64,000 nt of DNA. It comes from Minutocellus sp. GHC0000111. Lineage: Eukaryota. The stretch is taken from positions 6,324,001 through 6,388,000 of the forward strand of contig OZ361256.1 of assembly GCA_977018835.1 (NCBI GenBank), in the 5' to 3' direction. Below, in pieces: positions 34,661 through 47,170 of the stretch. The notes beneath the pieces are model-generated. The model saw nothing but the letters and a program-made list of their open reading frames with translations, was not told where the DNA came from and ran no database searches. Each line of letters opens with the position of its first letter. Positions within the stretch are counted from its first letter, which is position 1. The position numbers were made by a program, and so were the translations under genes.

Positions 34661-36460
34661 ATGCCATCTGATCCCTTGCTGACCAACTCCATGATGGAAA
34701 TGGAGTTGGGAAGAGAATCGCGAATGGCGAAGGACATGCGTATGCGAGGCCGCAAAAATTGCGGCCATCACCAAGACAGGGTGAGCACTCAAGAAGGAAA
34801 ACATCAACGCCATGTCAGCTATGATAGTGGGGCTGGAGAGACAAGATCAACGTCGAGGATGACAGGTATCTCGACGGCATATGAGTATTGCGATACTATG
34901 GCGCCATCAAGGAGTGTCCACGACTATTCATATCCTTCTCATCCGACCTCGGCCGGATCGTCGGGCATCCCCCGTCACATTGTCGGTGGCGGCAGGAGGT
35001 CATCGGCGGCGGCCGCCGCCGATGATGGCTACAGAGATCCGCCTCCCCTTTCTTGGAGACTCGATCCAGATGAAAGCCTTAGCGATTGGACCCTAACCGT
35101 CGCCAGCACCGACAGTGTTCCCTGCAGCCCGCGAAGGAGGACCGAAACAGAACGTGCATCAGCTGCTGGCTGCACCTCTGACACCAACGAAGAAGCAGCA
35201 GATTGCCAATTGGATGACCTGGCCGATTCCATGCAACCGCCCGCAATGAAGTATCATGTACACAGGGCCCAGCTTTCGGTTGGGCCGCGTCGATCGGACT
35301 ACTTCGCCACGTTGTTCAAGAATCGACGACGAATGATGATTCGTGACGAAAGTGACCAAAGGCACGAGAAAGGGGCCGATGCATCCACTGATGGCACCTA
35401 CATTGAGCTCAAGGCATCGGCAGCTGCTGCATTTCCCATTATGTTGGATTTTATGTACTCTCCAATCGGAACGCCGGTCGAAGCAACGACTGAGTCGGCA
35501 GTCGCTCTTCGACATCTGGCATCTTGCTTCGGCATCAGAGAACTCTTCAATTGCGTGACGGACTTTATCAAGAGCGATCTTAGGCCAGAGACCGCACCAA
35601 CCTACTTGTTGGAAGCAGCGACATACAAGCACGACAAATTGGTTGCAGCGTCTCTGAAAATATGTGCAGAGTCGTTCAAAGATATCAAACTGAGTGCCAT
35701 GGTACTGCTCCCTCCAGATCTATTTGAATTGGTCGTTCAATCTCCTCATCTGGTTTGCGATAGCGAAGCGCTCAGTGTCAGAGTTGCCGCCTATTGTCGA
35801 TGCCGACCCGATGGAATCAATTTGGAGACGATCAAGTCGTTGACAGACGCTAAGATCATGCCACGCATTGCCCCAGATGAGGCTCTATTCTACATTCACA
35901 TGTTGTCCCTGCTCGGTGTTGACCTTCCGGATCCATCGAAGGGTGGTGCGGCGCCTACTCTTTACGATCGATGTGTTGCGGCATCGCCCAATGTCATTAG
36001 GGGAGCATTGCAGGTGAAGAGCTCTGCTCTGTGCACTCACACGTCAAACTTTCATGACCGCCACCGCCAAACCATCAATGACGACTACGATGATTTGCCT
36101 TCTGGAGTGAAAGTGGATTTGTTGGAATCTACCATCGCCGACACAGTTCACACGGCTGAGAAACGCACTATCTATATGGAAGAACAATCAGACAAGGAAG
36201 ATATCAGCATTGTGCAATATCCAGCAACAGACGATTTAAGGGATGAATTGTCGGCTGCGAAAGAAGTCATGACGGATCTACAAAGCGAGATAAAGCGCCT
36301 AAAGAGGAAGATGGAAAGGACCATAGAAAAGTATGAGACAAAGTTAAATGCTCGAGAGGATGAAGTGCAAAGGTGCAAGGAAGAATTGTCGAGATTTGTG
36401 CGCGTACCAAATGACTACGGTGTTTCTTTTTCACCGGCGTGCGCATACCAGGAGGACGTT
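34661..36460 (+). pseudogene. BTB/POZ-domain coiled-coil protein, 3'-truncated at the duplication junction
   Basis: LSWRLDPDESLSDWTLTV, YHVHRAQLSVGPRRSDYFATLF, AFPIMLDFMY; sequence switches to TadA duplicate at 36461. Confidence 0.8.
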
Positions 36461-36863
36461 GAATTGGCGTCTGCTCAATGCCACGCTATACAGTACCCTT
36501 GAGCCATGTCCCATGTGTCTGGCCGCGGCGCAGGCCTTTCGGTGCAAGTCGGTAGTGTATGGGGCACCAGATATGAGACTTGGAGCAGTGGAAACGCACA
36601 TTCGACTTCTGGATAACAAGCATCCATATCACGATGTTGAGGCCATTGGTGGAGTATTGGCGGAAGAGAGTGCGGCAATGCTGAGGGACTTCTTCCGCAG
36701 GAGGAGGACACAAGGGCGAAAGAAGGCTTCAGAATTTGGCAGGAGTACCTCAGGCGCAGTGCAGGTACAGAATGGCAACACAAAGAGGACAATAAGAAGT
36801 ACCGTACTTGGACGAATTTTTCCTTTATTCAAACGAATATTTTCCAATAGAAGGCGCGGGTAA
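36461..36863 (+). pseudogene. tadA: 3' half of tRNA adenosine deaminase (duplicate)
   Basis: NWRLLNATLYSTLEPCPMC...; lacks HAE motif. Confidence 0.9.
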
Positions 36864-36984
36864 GGGTAGATCAAATCGGCTAGCTAGCTGGAGCAATACG
36901 TGGCTAACTGACTATAATATAAACGCCCCTTTGTTTTTGTAGGAAGAAACATATCTTTAGGGTAAATTCCAACCATTTGTCTAG

Positions 36985-37983
36985 CTAGGCTGCGGTATTT
37001 CTCAGTTTTGCTTCCTCAAGCTCCAACCTGTTCCTCATCTGATTGCGTAGGGCACGCAGCTGTTCTTCCCTTCTCATCCATTCATTCTTCATGTTTTGCA
37101 GAGCATCCTCCTCTTCTTTTGAAGATTCAAATTTCTTCGACTCAAAACCTGACATGTCGCGAAGGAGACTTCCTCGTTTGCCACTTCCTGGTACCTTCAA
37201 CTTGACCAGTCCAAGTCTACTCACTGACTGAAGATGACGTGAGCTCTCCTCGAGAGTGCGCTTCTGTTCGAGTAAGTGTCGGCGGTAATCTTGGACGATG
37301 TGTTGTTGTTCTTCTTCTTCGGCCTCGAAGCTTTCGTTGATGGGGTCAGTCGCGGGACAATTGCAATCCTTATCAACCTTGTTCTGTGCTGCTTGCTCTC
37401 GTTCGACCTTGTCCAAGATGCGTTGCTGATACGCCCGTAACTCTTCCATCTTCTTTTCATTTTCCTCCCTTTCCCGTTGGATTTCATCGAGCATTTCCTG
37501 CTGCATGGCAATATGTTCTTTGAGCCGTTCTTCGAGCAAGGCTGCCTCATACTCGTCTTGGAATTCTTCCTGGTGTTCCTCTTCGGCAACTCCTGCTAGA
37601 AATTCCTTTCCTCCTTTATTCACGGATGTGGTGGCCATGGACGTAGTACTAGGCTCGGCGATGATGTCTCCTTCGTAACCACTTGTAGATGGGGCCTTGC
37701 CCTCATTTCGGGTGGTACCGCATGCTGCACAAGTCAAGTGGCGAGGGTTGTCATTGAGATAAGTGCAGAGTGTGCATGTCCAACTTGTATCATCGGCAAG
37801 GGACCAATTAGCGAATGACATATTAATCTCGTTGGAGGTCAGCCCGCCGTCGTCCTCAGTACCAGAGGAGGTCGTTCTGGTCCCTTTCATTTGCGCTAGA
37901 GCACTTCTCCTGTTCTCGTTCGGGTGCATGGTCGATGGAATATCACCGCCACTTGAGTCGACGAAAGCATTGGGATCTTCCAT
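36985..37983 (-). CDS. RanBP2-type zinc-finger coiled-coil protein, copy 1
   Basis: WTCTLCTYLNDNPRHLTCAACGT; E/K/Q-rich helices. Confidence 0.8.
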   Translation of the reverse strand: MEDPNAFVDSSGGDIPSTMHPNENRRSALAQMKGTRTTSSGTEDDGGLTSNEINMSFANWSLADDTSWTCTLCTYLNDNPRHLTCAACGTTRNEGKAPSTSGYEGDIIAEPSTTSMATTSVNKGGKEFLAGVAEEEHQEEFQDEYEAALLEERLKEHIAMQQEMLDEIQREREENEKKMEELRAYQQRILDKVEREQAAQNKVDKDCNCPATDPINESFEAEEEEQQHIVQDYRRHLLEQKRTLEESSRHLQSVSRLGLVKLKVPGSGKRGSLLRDMSGFESKKFESSKEEEDALQNMKNEWMRREEQLRALRNQMRNRLELEEAKLRNTAA

Positions 37984-38353
37984 GTCGTATCCTGACAGTC
38001 TACAATTAGCAAAAGTAAATGAGTGTGATGATAGTAACGAGTTTGGTCCTCACCCCAAATGATATCCGTGAATGCAGAGCGGATGTGGGAAGTTCCACAG
38101 AAAAGCCAAAGATAAGCCTGCATGTACGACCAGGCAAGATGCGACAAATTGCGGTCATGTCCTAATTGATCGAGATTTTCCGAAGGGAAAGTGGTCGTAA
38201 AGGTGCTTTTGAGTAATTATTTTTTGCCTTGTTGTGTCACATTCAAATAAGTCGATCGAGTCGATTCGAGTCGAGTGAGTCCAAACACAGCTATGTCGAG
38301 TCGAGTGAGTCCGAGTGAGGAGTCTTGGCGTCTTGGTGGTTGCGCGACTTGTA

Positions 38354-38448
38354 CGAGGTCAGATTCGCGAGAAATCGAGCGCCCGGTTTTTGACTGCTTT
38401 CGAGGGGATTGAAAAGCGCCTCGAAGAATAGTCATGCTGAAATATTTA
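38354..38448 (+). mobile_element. Solo left end of mariner A
   Basis: TA|CGAGGTCAGATTCGCGAGAAATCGAGCG, broken after 95 bp. Confidence 0.9.
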
Positions 38449-39818
38449 GCTCTTCGTTAAAGCGGAACATGAATTCATTAAAGAAGTCTTCCGATCCACA
38501 GAACCGATATTAATACATTGGACAAACGATATCTGTAAGAAAGGATCATTGAGACAAAACATAGAACACCAATCCATTTGAAAAGAACAGTCATTTGGCA
38601 TCGACCTATTCTCTTTGCGCCACGTTGTGCAACAATAGATAGTGGTATCTGGCAAACGACCGATGAGAAGAAGAGTATTTGAACTATAACTGGATTCAAC
38701 CGTAGATTGGATAAGAAAAAGATGGGGAAGTAACGTATTGACATTCCAGCGGCGATACTTTTAGGTGGAACGATATTTCATGTCCGATAAGAATGAGCAA
38801 GTACGATCGTATAAGACAGAGGTGGAATGAGAAATGGTGAGGACAGCAAAAAGATGGTTGCTGTTTACGTTTGTAGACATAATATGAGCAGGGCTCAATA
38901 TCGAGACTGGACTCACCCGGATAGAATGTCTGCGCAAGCAACCATTCGTGGAATGAATCTCTCTTTTGAAAGGCAGAAACAGAGTGGGACTGATTGTATC
39001 TCCTCATCCACGGCACTTGCTTCTTGCGAAGCATTTGCTTCTGTACCAGTGCTTTCATCATCCACATTTGGCAATAAATTTTTGGATTGCTCGGGATCAT
39101 TACTGTGAGACATTGTTGAATCATTTTCTTCATGCAACTCAACATCCTGCATCCAACACAGCAGTAGCAAAGGAATGACGCAGACAGTTTGCCCAACCAT
39201 CATCACAATCGAGCACTCGTTTGCCGTCCACTCATTTCCCAGGAAGTAGAACATGACAAGCACTACAATGGGCCCCATGGTATTTCCCAGCTTGATCAGG
39301 ATCACCCGTCTAGTAAACCAAAGGCTTCTCCTTCCTTCCGGAATCGAGTCTGCGTAGAGGGCACTGATCGTGGTGTAGATGATTCCCCAGAATGATCCCC
39401 ACAGCGCCAATGCCAGCGCAAGCAACATATAACTTCGTCGATATACCGCCACGAGAGTTGTAGAGATCGCCACGAACCCAAAGCAAGAGGCTGCTTTGAG
39501 CAACGAATCGCGCCGGTATTTGTCCGCCAGGTACCCTGTTGGGAACGAGAGCAGAAGTTGACTGATTCCCATTATTGCAGTCAGTAACCCCACCGCTTCG
39601 GCATTGTTGTCACGCAGCAAGTAAACGTATGCCGAAAGTACTGTCTGCGACCACATGGACCTCCCAGCAAACATCAGCAACGTGTACACGAGAATAAAGT
39701 TGACGTTGCGAGATTGACGCGGTGAGAGGGAGGGAGGAGAGGCGGCTGAGACTACTGATGAGTCATTTCCTTCCCGGAGGAGTGGCTCGGTGAGCACCGA
39801 GGGACCTTGATTGCTCAT
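38449..39818 (-). pseudogene. MFS transporter, multi-exon, 3'-truncated
   Basis: GYLADKYRR motif, hydrophobic helices, ALYADSIPEGRRS; further exons GMSIRYFPIFF and TSLMNSCSALTKS, cut at 38449. Confidence 0.8.
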
Positions 39819-40138
39819 CGGTAGATCTAATGTGTCGTCTCAGTGCTCTATACTGTTGTGGTCAATACGGCGAGTGCCGAGGGACCTTGAGGGCACGAGA
39901 TTGCGACTGTGCTGGCTGAAAAGACGATGATGGCGATGATGATGATGATGATGATGATAAACGCCTACGAGGTAAGAGGGTAGGTGATTGGCATCAGCCT
40001 CTGGTCGCTGCACTTCTTCGCCGCAAACCAGGAAGTCAACTGGAGTCACAGGAGTCAACCAACGAACCAACCACCACTCGTACAGGCAACCTTCGGGACG
40101 ACTTCGGGCTTGACGAAAGGAGACCCCCTTCGCTACCA

Positions 40139-41044
40139 ATGTTGGATATTTCCGTTCGAGCGGTTGTATTTGTTCTAGCCTGTCTGATCTGTGCCAGCAG
40201 TCATGTTGCGTCCGGCTTGACAATGATGACCAAGGATGGCCCTCCCTCGTCGAGTGTGAGATCAAGGCCTCGGCATCATTCAATATTTCATCGCATACGG
40301 AGATCTTCCCCGCCTCCAACAATCGAACCACCACGCATAATATCGATGCTAGATGATGTGCCAGAACGAGATGTTCACACCAAGATGATGGGGTATGCAT
40401 TAGAGGAAGCTCGAGTCGCTGGTCAGATGGGTGAAGTACCGATTGGAGCGATAGTTGTGAGAGAAATACAACCAGGGGAAACAGTGCTGTCGTCGGGGAA
40501 TAGAAAATCGCAAAACACCACAAGTACAAACACAAGGCAGTTTGAGTTGATATCAACGGGCCGTAACCTGGTGGAAACCAACATGGATGCATCGGCTCAC
40601 GCGGAGCTCGAAGCAATTTTGAAGGCCGCTTCTCGTGTTGGGAATTGGCGTCTGCTCAATGCCACGCTATACAGTACCCTTGAGCCATGTCCCATGTGTC
40701 TGGCCGCGGCGCAGGCCTTTCGGTGCAAGTCGGTAGTGTATGGGGCACCAGATATGAGACTTGGAGCAGTGGAAACGCACATTCGACTTCTGGATAACAA
40801 GCATCCATATCACGATGTTGAGGCCATTGGTGGAGTATTGGCGGAAGAGAGTGCGGCAATGCTGAGGGACTTCTTCCGCAGGAGGAGGACACAAGGGCGA
40901 AAGAAGGCTTCAGAATTTGGCAGGAGTACCTCAGGCGCAGTGCAGGTACAGAATGGCAACACAAAGAGGACAATAAGAAGTACCGTACTTGGACGAATTT
41001 TTCCTTTATTCAAACGAATATTTTCCAATAGAAGGCGCGGGTAA
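40139..41044 (+). CDS. tadA: tRNA-specific adenosine deaminase, bacterial TadA type, with N-terminal targeting peptide
   Basis: GEVPIGAIVV, AHAELEA, WRLLNATLYSTLEPCPMC, LRDFFRRRR. Confidence 0.92.
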   Translation: MLDISVRAVVFVLACLICASSHVASGLTMMTKDGPPSSSVRSRPRHHSIFHRIRRSSPPPTIEPPRIISMLDDVPERDVHTKMMGYALEEARVAGQMGEVPIGAIVVREIQPGETVLSSGNRKSQNTTSTNTRQFELISTGRNLVETNMDASAHAELEAILKAASRVGNWRLLNATLYSTLEPCPMCLAAAQAFRCKSVVYGAPDMRLGAVETHIRLLDNKHPYHDVEAIGGVLAEESAAMLRDFFRRRRTQGRKKASEFGRSTSGAVQVQNGNTKRTIRSTVLGRIFPLFKRIFSNRRRG

Positions 41045-41165
41045 GGGTAGATCAAATCGGCTAGCTAGCTGGAGCAATACGTGGCTAACTGACTATAATA
41101 TAAACGCCCCTTTGTTTTTGTAGGAAGAAACATATCTTTAGGGTAAATTCCAACCATTTGTCTAG

Positions 41166-42164
41166 CTAGGCTGCGGTATTTCTCAGTTTTGCTTCCTCAA
41201 GCTCCAACCTGTTCCTCATCTGATTGCGTAGGGCACGCAGCTGTTCTTCCCTTCTCATCCATTCATTCTTCATGTTTTGCAGAGCATCCTCCTCTTCTTT
41301 TGAAGATTCAAATTTCTTCGACTCAAAACCTGACATGTCGCGAAGGAGACTTCCTCGTTTGCCACTTCCTGGTACCTTCAACTTGACCAGTCCAAGTCTA
41401 CTCACTGACTGAAGATGACGTGAGCTCTCCTCGAGAGTGCGCTTCTGTTCGAGTAAGTGTCGGCGGTAATCTTGGACGATGTGTTGTTGTTCTTCTTCTT
41501 CGGCCTCGAAGCTTTCGTTGATGGGGTCAGTCGCGGGACAATTGCAATCCTTATCAACCTTGTTCTGTGCTGCTTGCTCTCGTTCGACCTTGTCCAAGAT
41601 GCGTTGCTGATACGCCCGTAACTCTTCCATCTTCTTTTCATTTTCCTCCCTTTCCCGTTGGATTTCATCGAGCATTTCCTGCTGCATGGCAATATGTTCT
41701 TTGAGCCGTTCTTCGAGCAAGGCTGCCTCATACTCGTCTTGGAATTCTTCCTGGTGTTCCTCTTCGGCAACTCCTGCTAGAAATTCCTTTCCTCCTTTAT
41801 TCACGGATGTGGTGGCCATGGACGTAGTACTAGGCTCGGCGATGATGTCTCCTTCGTAACCACTTGTAGATGGGGCCTTGCCCTCATTTCGGGTGGTACC
41901 GCATGCTGCACAAGTCAAGTGGCGAGGGTTGTCATTGAGATAAGTGCAGAGTGTGCATGTCCAACTTGTATCATCGGCAAGGGACCAATTAGCGAATGAC
42001 ATATTAATCTCGTTGGAGGTCAGCCCGCCGTCGTCCTCAGTACCAGAGGAGGTCGTTCTGGTCCCTTTCATTTGCGCTAGAGCACTTCTCCTGTTCTCGT
42101 TCGGGTGCATGGTCGATGGAATATCACCGCCACTTGAGTCGACGAAAGCATTGGGATCTTCCAT
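41166..42164 (-). CDS. RanBP2-type zinc-finger coiled-coil protein, copy 2
   Basis: Identical translation to 36985-37983. Confidence 0.8.
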   Translation of the reverse strand: MEDPNAFVDSSGGDIPSTMHPNENRRSALAQMKGTRTTSSGTEDDGGLTSNEINMSFANWSLADDTSWTCTLCTYLNDNPRHLTCAACGTTRNEGKAPSTSGYEGDIIAEPSTTSMATTSVNKGGKEFLAGVAEEEHQEEFQDEYEAALLEERLKEHIAMQQEMLDEIQREREENEKKMEELRAYQQRILDKVEREQAAQNKVDKDCNCPATDPINESFEAEEEEQQHIVQDYRRHLLEQKRTLEESSRHLQSVSRLGLVKLKVPGSGKRGSLLRDMSGFESKKFESSKEEEDALQNMKNEWMRREEQLRALRNQMRNRLELEEAKLRNTAA

Positions 42165-42534
42165 GTCGTATCCTGACAGTCTACAATTAGCAAAAGTAAA
42201 TGAGTGTGATGATAGTAACGAGTTTGGTCCTCACCCCAAATGATATCCGTGAATGCAGAGCGGATGTGGGAAGTTCCACAGAAAAGCCAAAGATAAGCCT
42301 GCATGTACGACCAGGCAAGATGCGACAAATTGCGGTCATGTCCTAATTGATCGAGATTTTCCGAAGGGAAAGTGGTCGTAAAGGTGCTTTTGAGTAATTA
42401 TTTTTTGCCTTGTTGTGTCACATTCAAATAAGTCGATCGAGTCGATTCGAGTCGAGTGAGTCCAAACACAGCTATGTCGAGTCGAGTGAGTCCGAGTGAG
42501 GAGTCTTGGCGTCTTGGTGGTTGCGCGACTTGTA

Positions 42535-44426
42535 CGAGGTCAGATTCGCGAGAAATCGAGCGCCCGGTTTTTGACTGCTTTCGAGGGGATTGAAAAGCGC
42601 CTCGAAGAATAGTCATGCTGAAATATTTAAGAAAATGGCTATTTTTACTCTAATTTTGATTTATCTTCATGTGAAACAATAATTCGGATAAGACTTTAGA
42701 TTTCAGCGGCTCTAATCAAATGGACGCGTTCGTCGCACTTGGACCGGTATACTGCTTCCCAACGAGTGCCGATGATTCATCTGATTCGGCCGCCTTCCGT
42801 TCTGTCATCGACGATCTTGCAACGGCGACCCGGCGGTATACTGCACCATGTCTCTTTGCAATTGCCAAGTGCAGGGAGCAGGCAAAGGTGGACTATTCGG
42901 TGCTGTCCAGCGCAGAGCATGGTGCACGATTTTCGGGATGGATGAAGGCAGGCGTATGGTGCTCTACCTGCATCTGAGAAGGCGATGTGGGAGATGAAGA
43001 GGAGATCTCATCTGGCTATGCAGCCATACATTCGAGATGTTATTGTTGATGCTCTGATACGAAATCCTCGGGAATCTTGGCGGGAGCTGGAGGTGGATGT
43101 CAACTTTTGGTGTTCGTTCCTACTCGGCAACACGGCGGTGGATAATGTCGCGGGAAGGGTTCCGGTACTATGCCGAAAGGATCATCCCTCTCCTTACTAC
43201 CCATCAGATGGAGAAACATTTGGCATTTGCGCGGAAATTCCGAAACAATTGGGGGCTCGGCGGTGGCAAGTTTCTCCTTGTTATGTTCGATGAGAAGTGG
43301 TTTTGGGGCTTGGTTCTTCGATCGTATGCCAAGCAAGTTGCAGAATTGGGTATTGATCCTCGGTCCTTCTCGGCATATCACCGAAATCACATCAACAAGT
43401 GCATGGTGGTGGCTGTCACTGCCTTGGCTTTTGTTGACAGCATTGAGAATGGCGGCATTGCGTTCAAGCTTGGACTTTTTCGGGCTCAGGCGCATAAAAT
43501 TGCGAGGCAGATGGTAAGGGAGGCGGTGCGGCAGGCAGATGGTAGAATCAAATATTGCGGCCCGGTGGTTCGGAAGAAAGACGATCTATACCTTGTGGAT
43601 TGCGCGGTGACTGGATGCAGCCATGGCACCCTTGATAATTCCAAGTTCCCACTGAAAGCTTTATTTGAGAACAAGATGTTTCCGGATGTTGAGGCTTTGG
43701 TCGGACCTGGTGGAAAGTTTGAAGGCTATGTCCCTATTTTTCAGGGCGACAATGCTGGGCCCCATGCCGAGACTGAATTTGTGGAATATGTGGAAGGATG
43801 CTGTCGGGACAAGGGATGGCGTTGGGAACCTCAGGCCCCGCAAATGCCCCATATGAATGTTCTTGATCTGTCTGTTTTCCCTTGCATGTCAAAGCGGCAT
43901 ACAATGTTGAGCCGCGATCGGGAGGGGCTGAAGGTTTTGACAGAAGATCAGACTTGGGATGCAGCGGAGGAAGTTTGGATGGGGCTGGAAAACTGGAAGA
44001 TCGCATCGGCATACATCCAGGCTCATAGAATTGCAAAGAAGGTAATCGTTGCAAAAGGCAACAATGATTTTCTTGGAAACGGTGAAGGCATTCATGTTGG
44101 GGTGCGAAAGGATTTCAGGCCGACTGAAAATGGCATGGTTCGGATAGATGGGAAAATTATCGCTCCTCCTCCTGCTGATCCAACCATGGATAATTAGTCC
44201 TGCGGTGCTTTTAAGTTATGTTATGTTTAAAATAATACTAGATTATTTAGATTCGAGCTATATTTGTGCTACTACACACACATGCCGTACATGCATGTGT
44301 AGTGCTCTCTTGTCAGTTTTGATGGTTCCGGCTTTACATGCATGTGTCCGTGTCCGGGTTGCGGGCCCAAAAATCGACAATTTTTGGTCCCGGCCCTGCG
44401 CTCGATTTCTCTCGAAACGGACTTCG
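42535..44426 (+). mobile_element. Mariner family A, copy 2, both TIRs and TA TSD
   Basis: tgTA|CGAGGTCAGATTCGCGAGAAATCGAGCG ... CGCTCGATTTCTCTCGAAACGGACTTCG|TAca (24/28 match). Confidence 0.93.
42720..44197 (+). pseudogene. Mariner A transposase, copy 2, frameshifted
   Basis: Near-identical to 13410-14862; two 4-bp duplications (~42947, ~43112); lacks 452 bp present in copy 1. Confidence 0.9.
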
Positions 44427-45059
44427 TACATGTTGCAATGTACATACATGTATGCCAGTAGAGAATATGGTTACTACGAGCAGTTTAGAGGATTTAGAAG
44501 TGGACCTGAACGGCGCTATGAGTAATTATTTGCGGCTGGTTTTGCTTGTTCTAACCTACTTTCTCCACTTTCCAACGCCTGAGCATGTCAACATGATAAA
44601 ACGACTATGTAGAAAATTGTTATACATGTATGCCAGTAACAAGGCAAATACATGTAGATACATGTAGATGTAAGGGAGCCGGTTTGTACAGCCTTTGTCG
44701 TTCGTTCATCAGCACTGTGTATGTATGAGATATCGGTAAATGCAGGAATTCCTACGCGGCGATCAAGGCAAGGAAAAACAAAAAAATAACATGCATTTTA
44801 AATATCAAACAAAGATCTATCTGTCTGTCTTTTGCTTCTGAGGGTGCATCAGTCCCTTGCTTGCCTCATGGGCTAATAATAACCATGGATTGCCTCTCTT
44901 GACGAAACGGCAGTATGCTTTGTTACCCATGCGTGATGTGTGTGTCCGTTTCATTGAGATGTTCGGCGGTGTTGCAGTGTGTTCGTATTGACTTTTGGGA
45001 GAGCCTGCCACCACAATGAATATCAAGCCATTGCGACCAGACTCGTCCTATTTAGACAA

Positions 45060-46588
45060 TCATTCAATGCCTGGAACCCACCCAGCACAAACCGAGTCAT
45101 GATTTCTGCACAATTGATACTGGTCGCAAGCATTTTCGAAGGGATAGCAGTCTCCGGAACCACAGAGGCATACCGGACGCGTGTACGGACATCCAACAAA
45201 CTTTGGTTCGGCTCGATTGACCATCTCCAGGTACGCTGGTCCACAGCAGCCAGGCAACTCACAGCTGGTGACAGTGCAGTATGTTTGCGATACTGTTGGA
45301 CAAGAACAGCCAGGAGTAACGCCGCAGCATTTGCCCGAGCCATCGCAGCAATCGTCAGAGGATGCACTACAATCATTCTTTACATCCGAGATGACGGCAG
45401 CGCCAGTTGCTGGAACTCCAGCGGTATTAAGAAGAGTGACGAGACCACTCCGATCCTCACCGCCTTGTAATCTTCGAAGGTCCAATTCCTCTCCGCGACG
45501 AAGATTCCGTCCTCCTAGGGCATCATTTTCCTTCGGCAGGGATTGTTCGGCGCACCGACGGCGGCAGTTGCCCATTGTATTATAGTTGTACCTAAAGGAA
45601 TAGTAGAGAGAGAGAGAGAGAGAGAGTAGGAAAGGGTGAGGAAAATGATTGCAAAGCAAAGAACAAAACGAGAGAATATCTATCCACATTGTGCTGAAAC
45701 TCACCTAATCTTGGCGCTATTTATGCTAGTTGTCTGCAGCCGTCTCTCTTCTTCCGACCCGCAAACCTCTGCAATATCGTTAACGCATTCGCCTGATTCG
45801 TTCAGGACGCAAACATTGGTGACCACCGCGGCACTGTAACGGATCTCATCGTCGCAACCATACTGCATGAGGAGGTTATTCTGATAATCGACCATCACTG
45901 ACTCAATGGCGCCGTTATTCGGCCCAACAGTCAGGTCGGCACAACTATACACAAAGTCGACCTCGTTGGTGAAAGAGAAAGGGGTCCCCGTCACGCTTTC
46001 ACCAAAATAGTCTTCGTTGACGCTCGTGAAGGTTGATGCCTGGCACTGATCGGTCGGTGCTGGTGTGGGGGGAGGGGGGATCACGAGCTCTGTAACACAA
46101 TCAGGATGTTCTGGCGAAGACTTGCAGCTCACCTTCTTCTTCCCACCGACAGAAACGAACTCTCCCCCGATTAATCGGCCACCGCCTGCACCGTCCCTGC
46201 TATTTTCATCTTTTGCCTCGTCGTCATTCTTATTCTTCTTTTTCTTGTCGTCGTCTTTCTTCAGAATTCGGCCCTCTTCTTTGCTGTCTCTGTTTGCGTT
46301 CTGCATCTGGCGCACCCGGCGCAGCGGGCTTATAACGCCCTGTTCGTAATCACCATCCGTTGGAAGCTTTCTCCGCTCGTGATGTTCATGCTGTTCATGC
46401 TGGCTAATTGCCGAGACAAAGAATGGTTTGCTACCAACTGCAATGTCCGTCAGCACCGCTACACATGCCACTTGGAGAGCCCAGCAACAGCCAAGCGCCG
46501 CCCGACGACGAAGGATGAGACCGAGGCCCCCGGGCACAAGTGTTGACTCGGAGAGTGATGAGGACGATGACGATCTGGTCGATGTCAT
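45060..46588 (-). CDS. Secreted/cell-surface protein with RXL motifs and Cys-rich C-terminus
   Basis: Hydrophobic leader, RRKL/RRLQ motifs, PPPPTPAPT linker; intron 45592-45704 (contains an (AG)n microsatellite) joins ORFs in frame. Confidence 0.7.
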
Positions 46589-47170
46589 GGTTGGTGAGAC
46601 GGCTTTGGATAGGCGAGCCACGATGAGTTTTGGCAGAAAAGGGGGGCAGGTCGCCGAAGCTACGTACTTTCTCGCGTCCTTCGTGCAGGGTATCGGCCGA
46701 GTGGCTGGGTGCCCACTATCAAAGAGTTGATTGATTGCCTTGCTACTAGTATGCTGGCCACCCGCACGAAGCATGAAATCGGCCCATAATTTATTGATCT
46801 TGTTCCTCGCAAGCACCATGTCATGTGTGGATGGTTTGTGATCCCGTTTCCGTTGGGCCGTACTAAATTGTTCGCATTACGATTTGATGCAGCAGCTTCC
46901 CACTCATCAGCCATTTTTTTACATGTAGAATTTTGATCCGCACTCTTTGGAACACCGGTAGATCTACTAATGCCAAATTAGGTTCCTACATCATGTGTCT
47001 ACTAGCATCTCTTCTTCTTGAGCTAGACTCTTCCTGGTACATGTACGTCTAGTAGGTCCTAGATTTGTACGTACCGGTAGATCTACATGTAGTTGCGCGC
47101 ATGTATGGTAAAAGAAAGGCAACCCAGCCACCAGCCAGCAGCCACCCTTCCGTCCGCTTGTTCAGAATCC

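Larger units (their letters stand above)
36461..38448. repeat. 1988-bp direct duplication of 40642-42629 (3' half of TadA, zinc-finger gene, mariner A end)
   Basis: Identical ORFs offset by 4181 bp. Confidence 0.95.

Noticed and set aside
38250..38325. GAGTC/GAGT short repeats (also 42431-42506) as CRISPR-like array
   Set aside because: Irregular short units with no unique spacers and no cas genes; simple promoter repeat.
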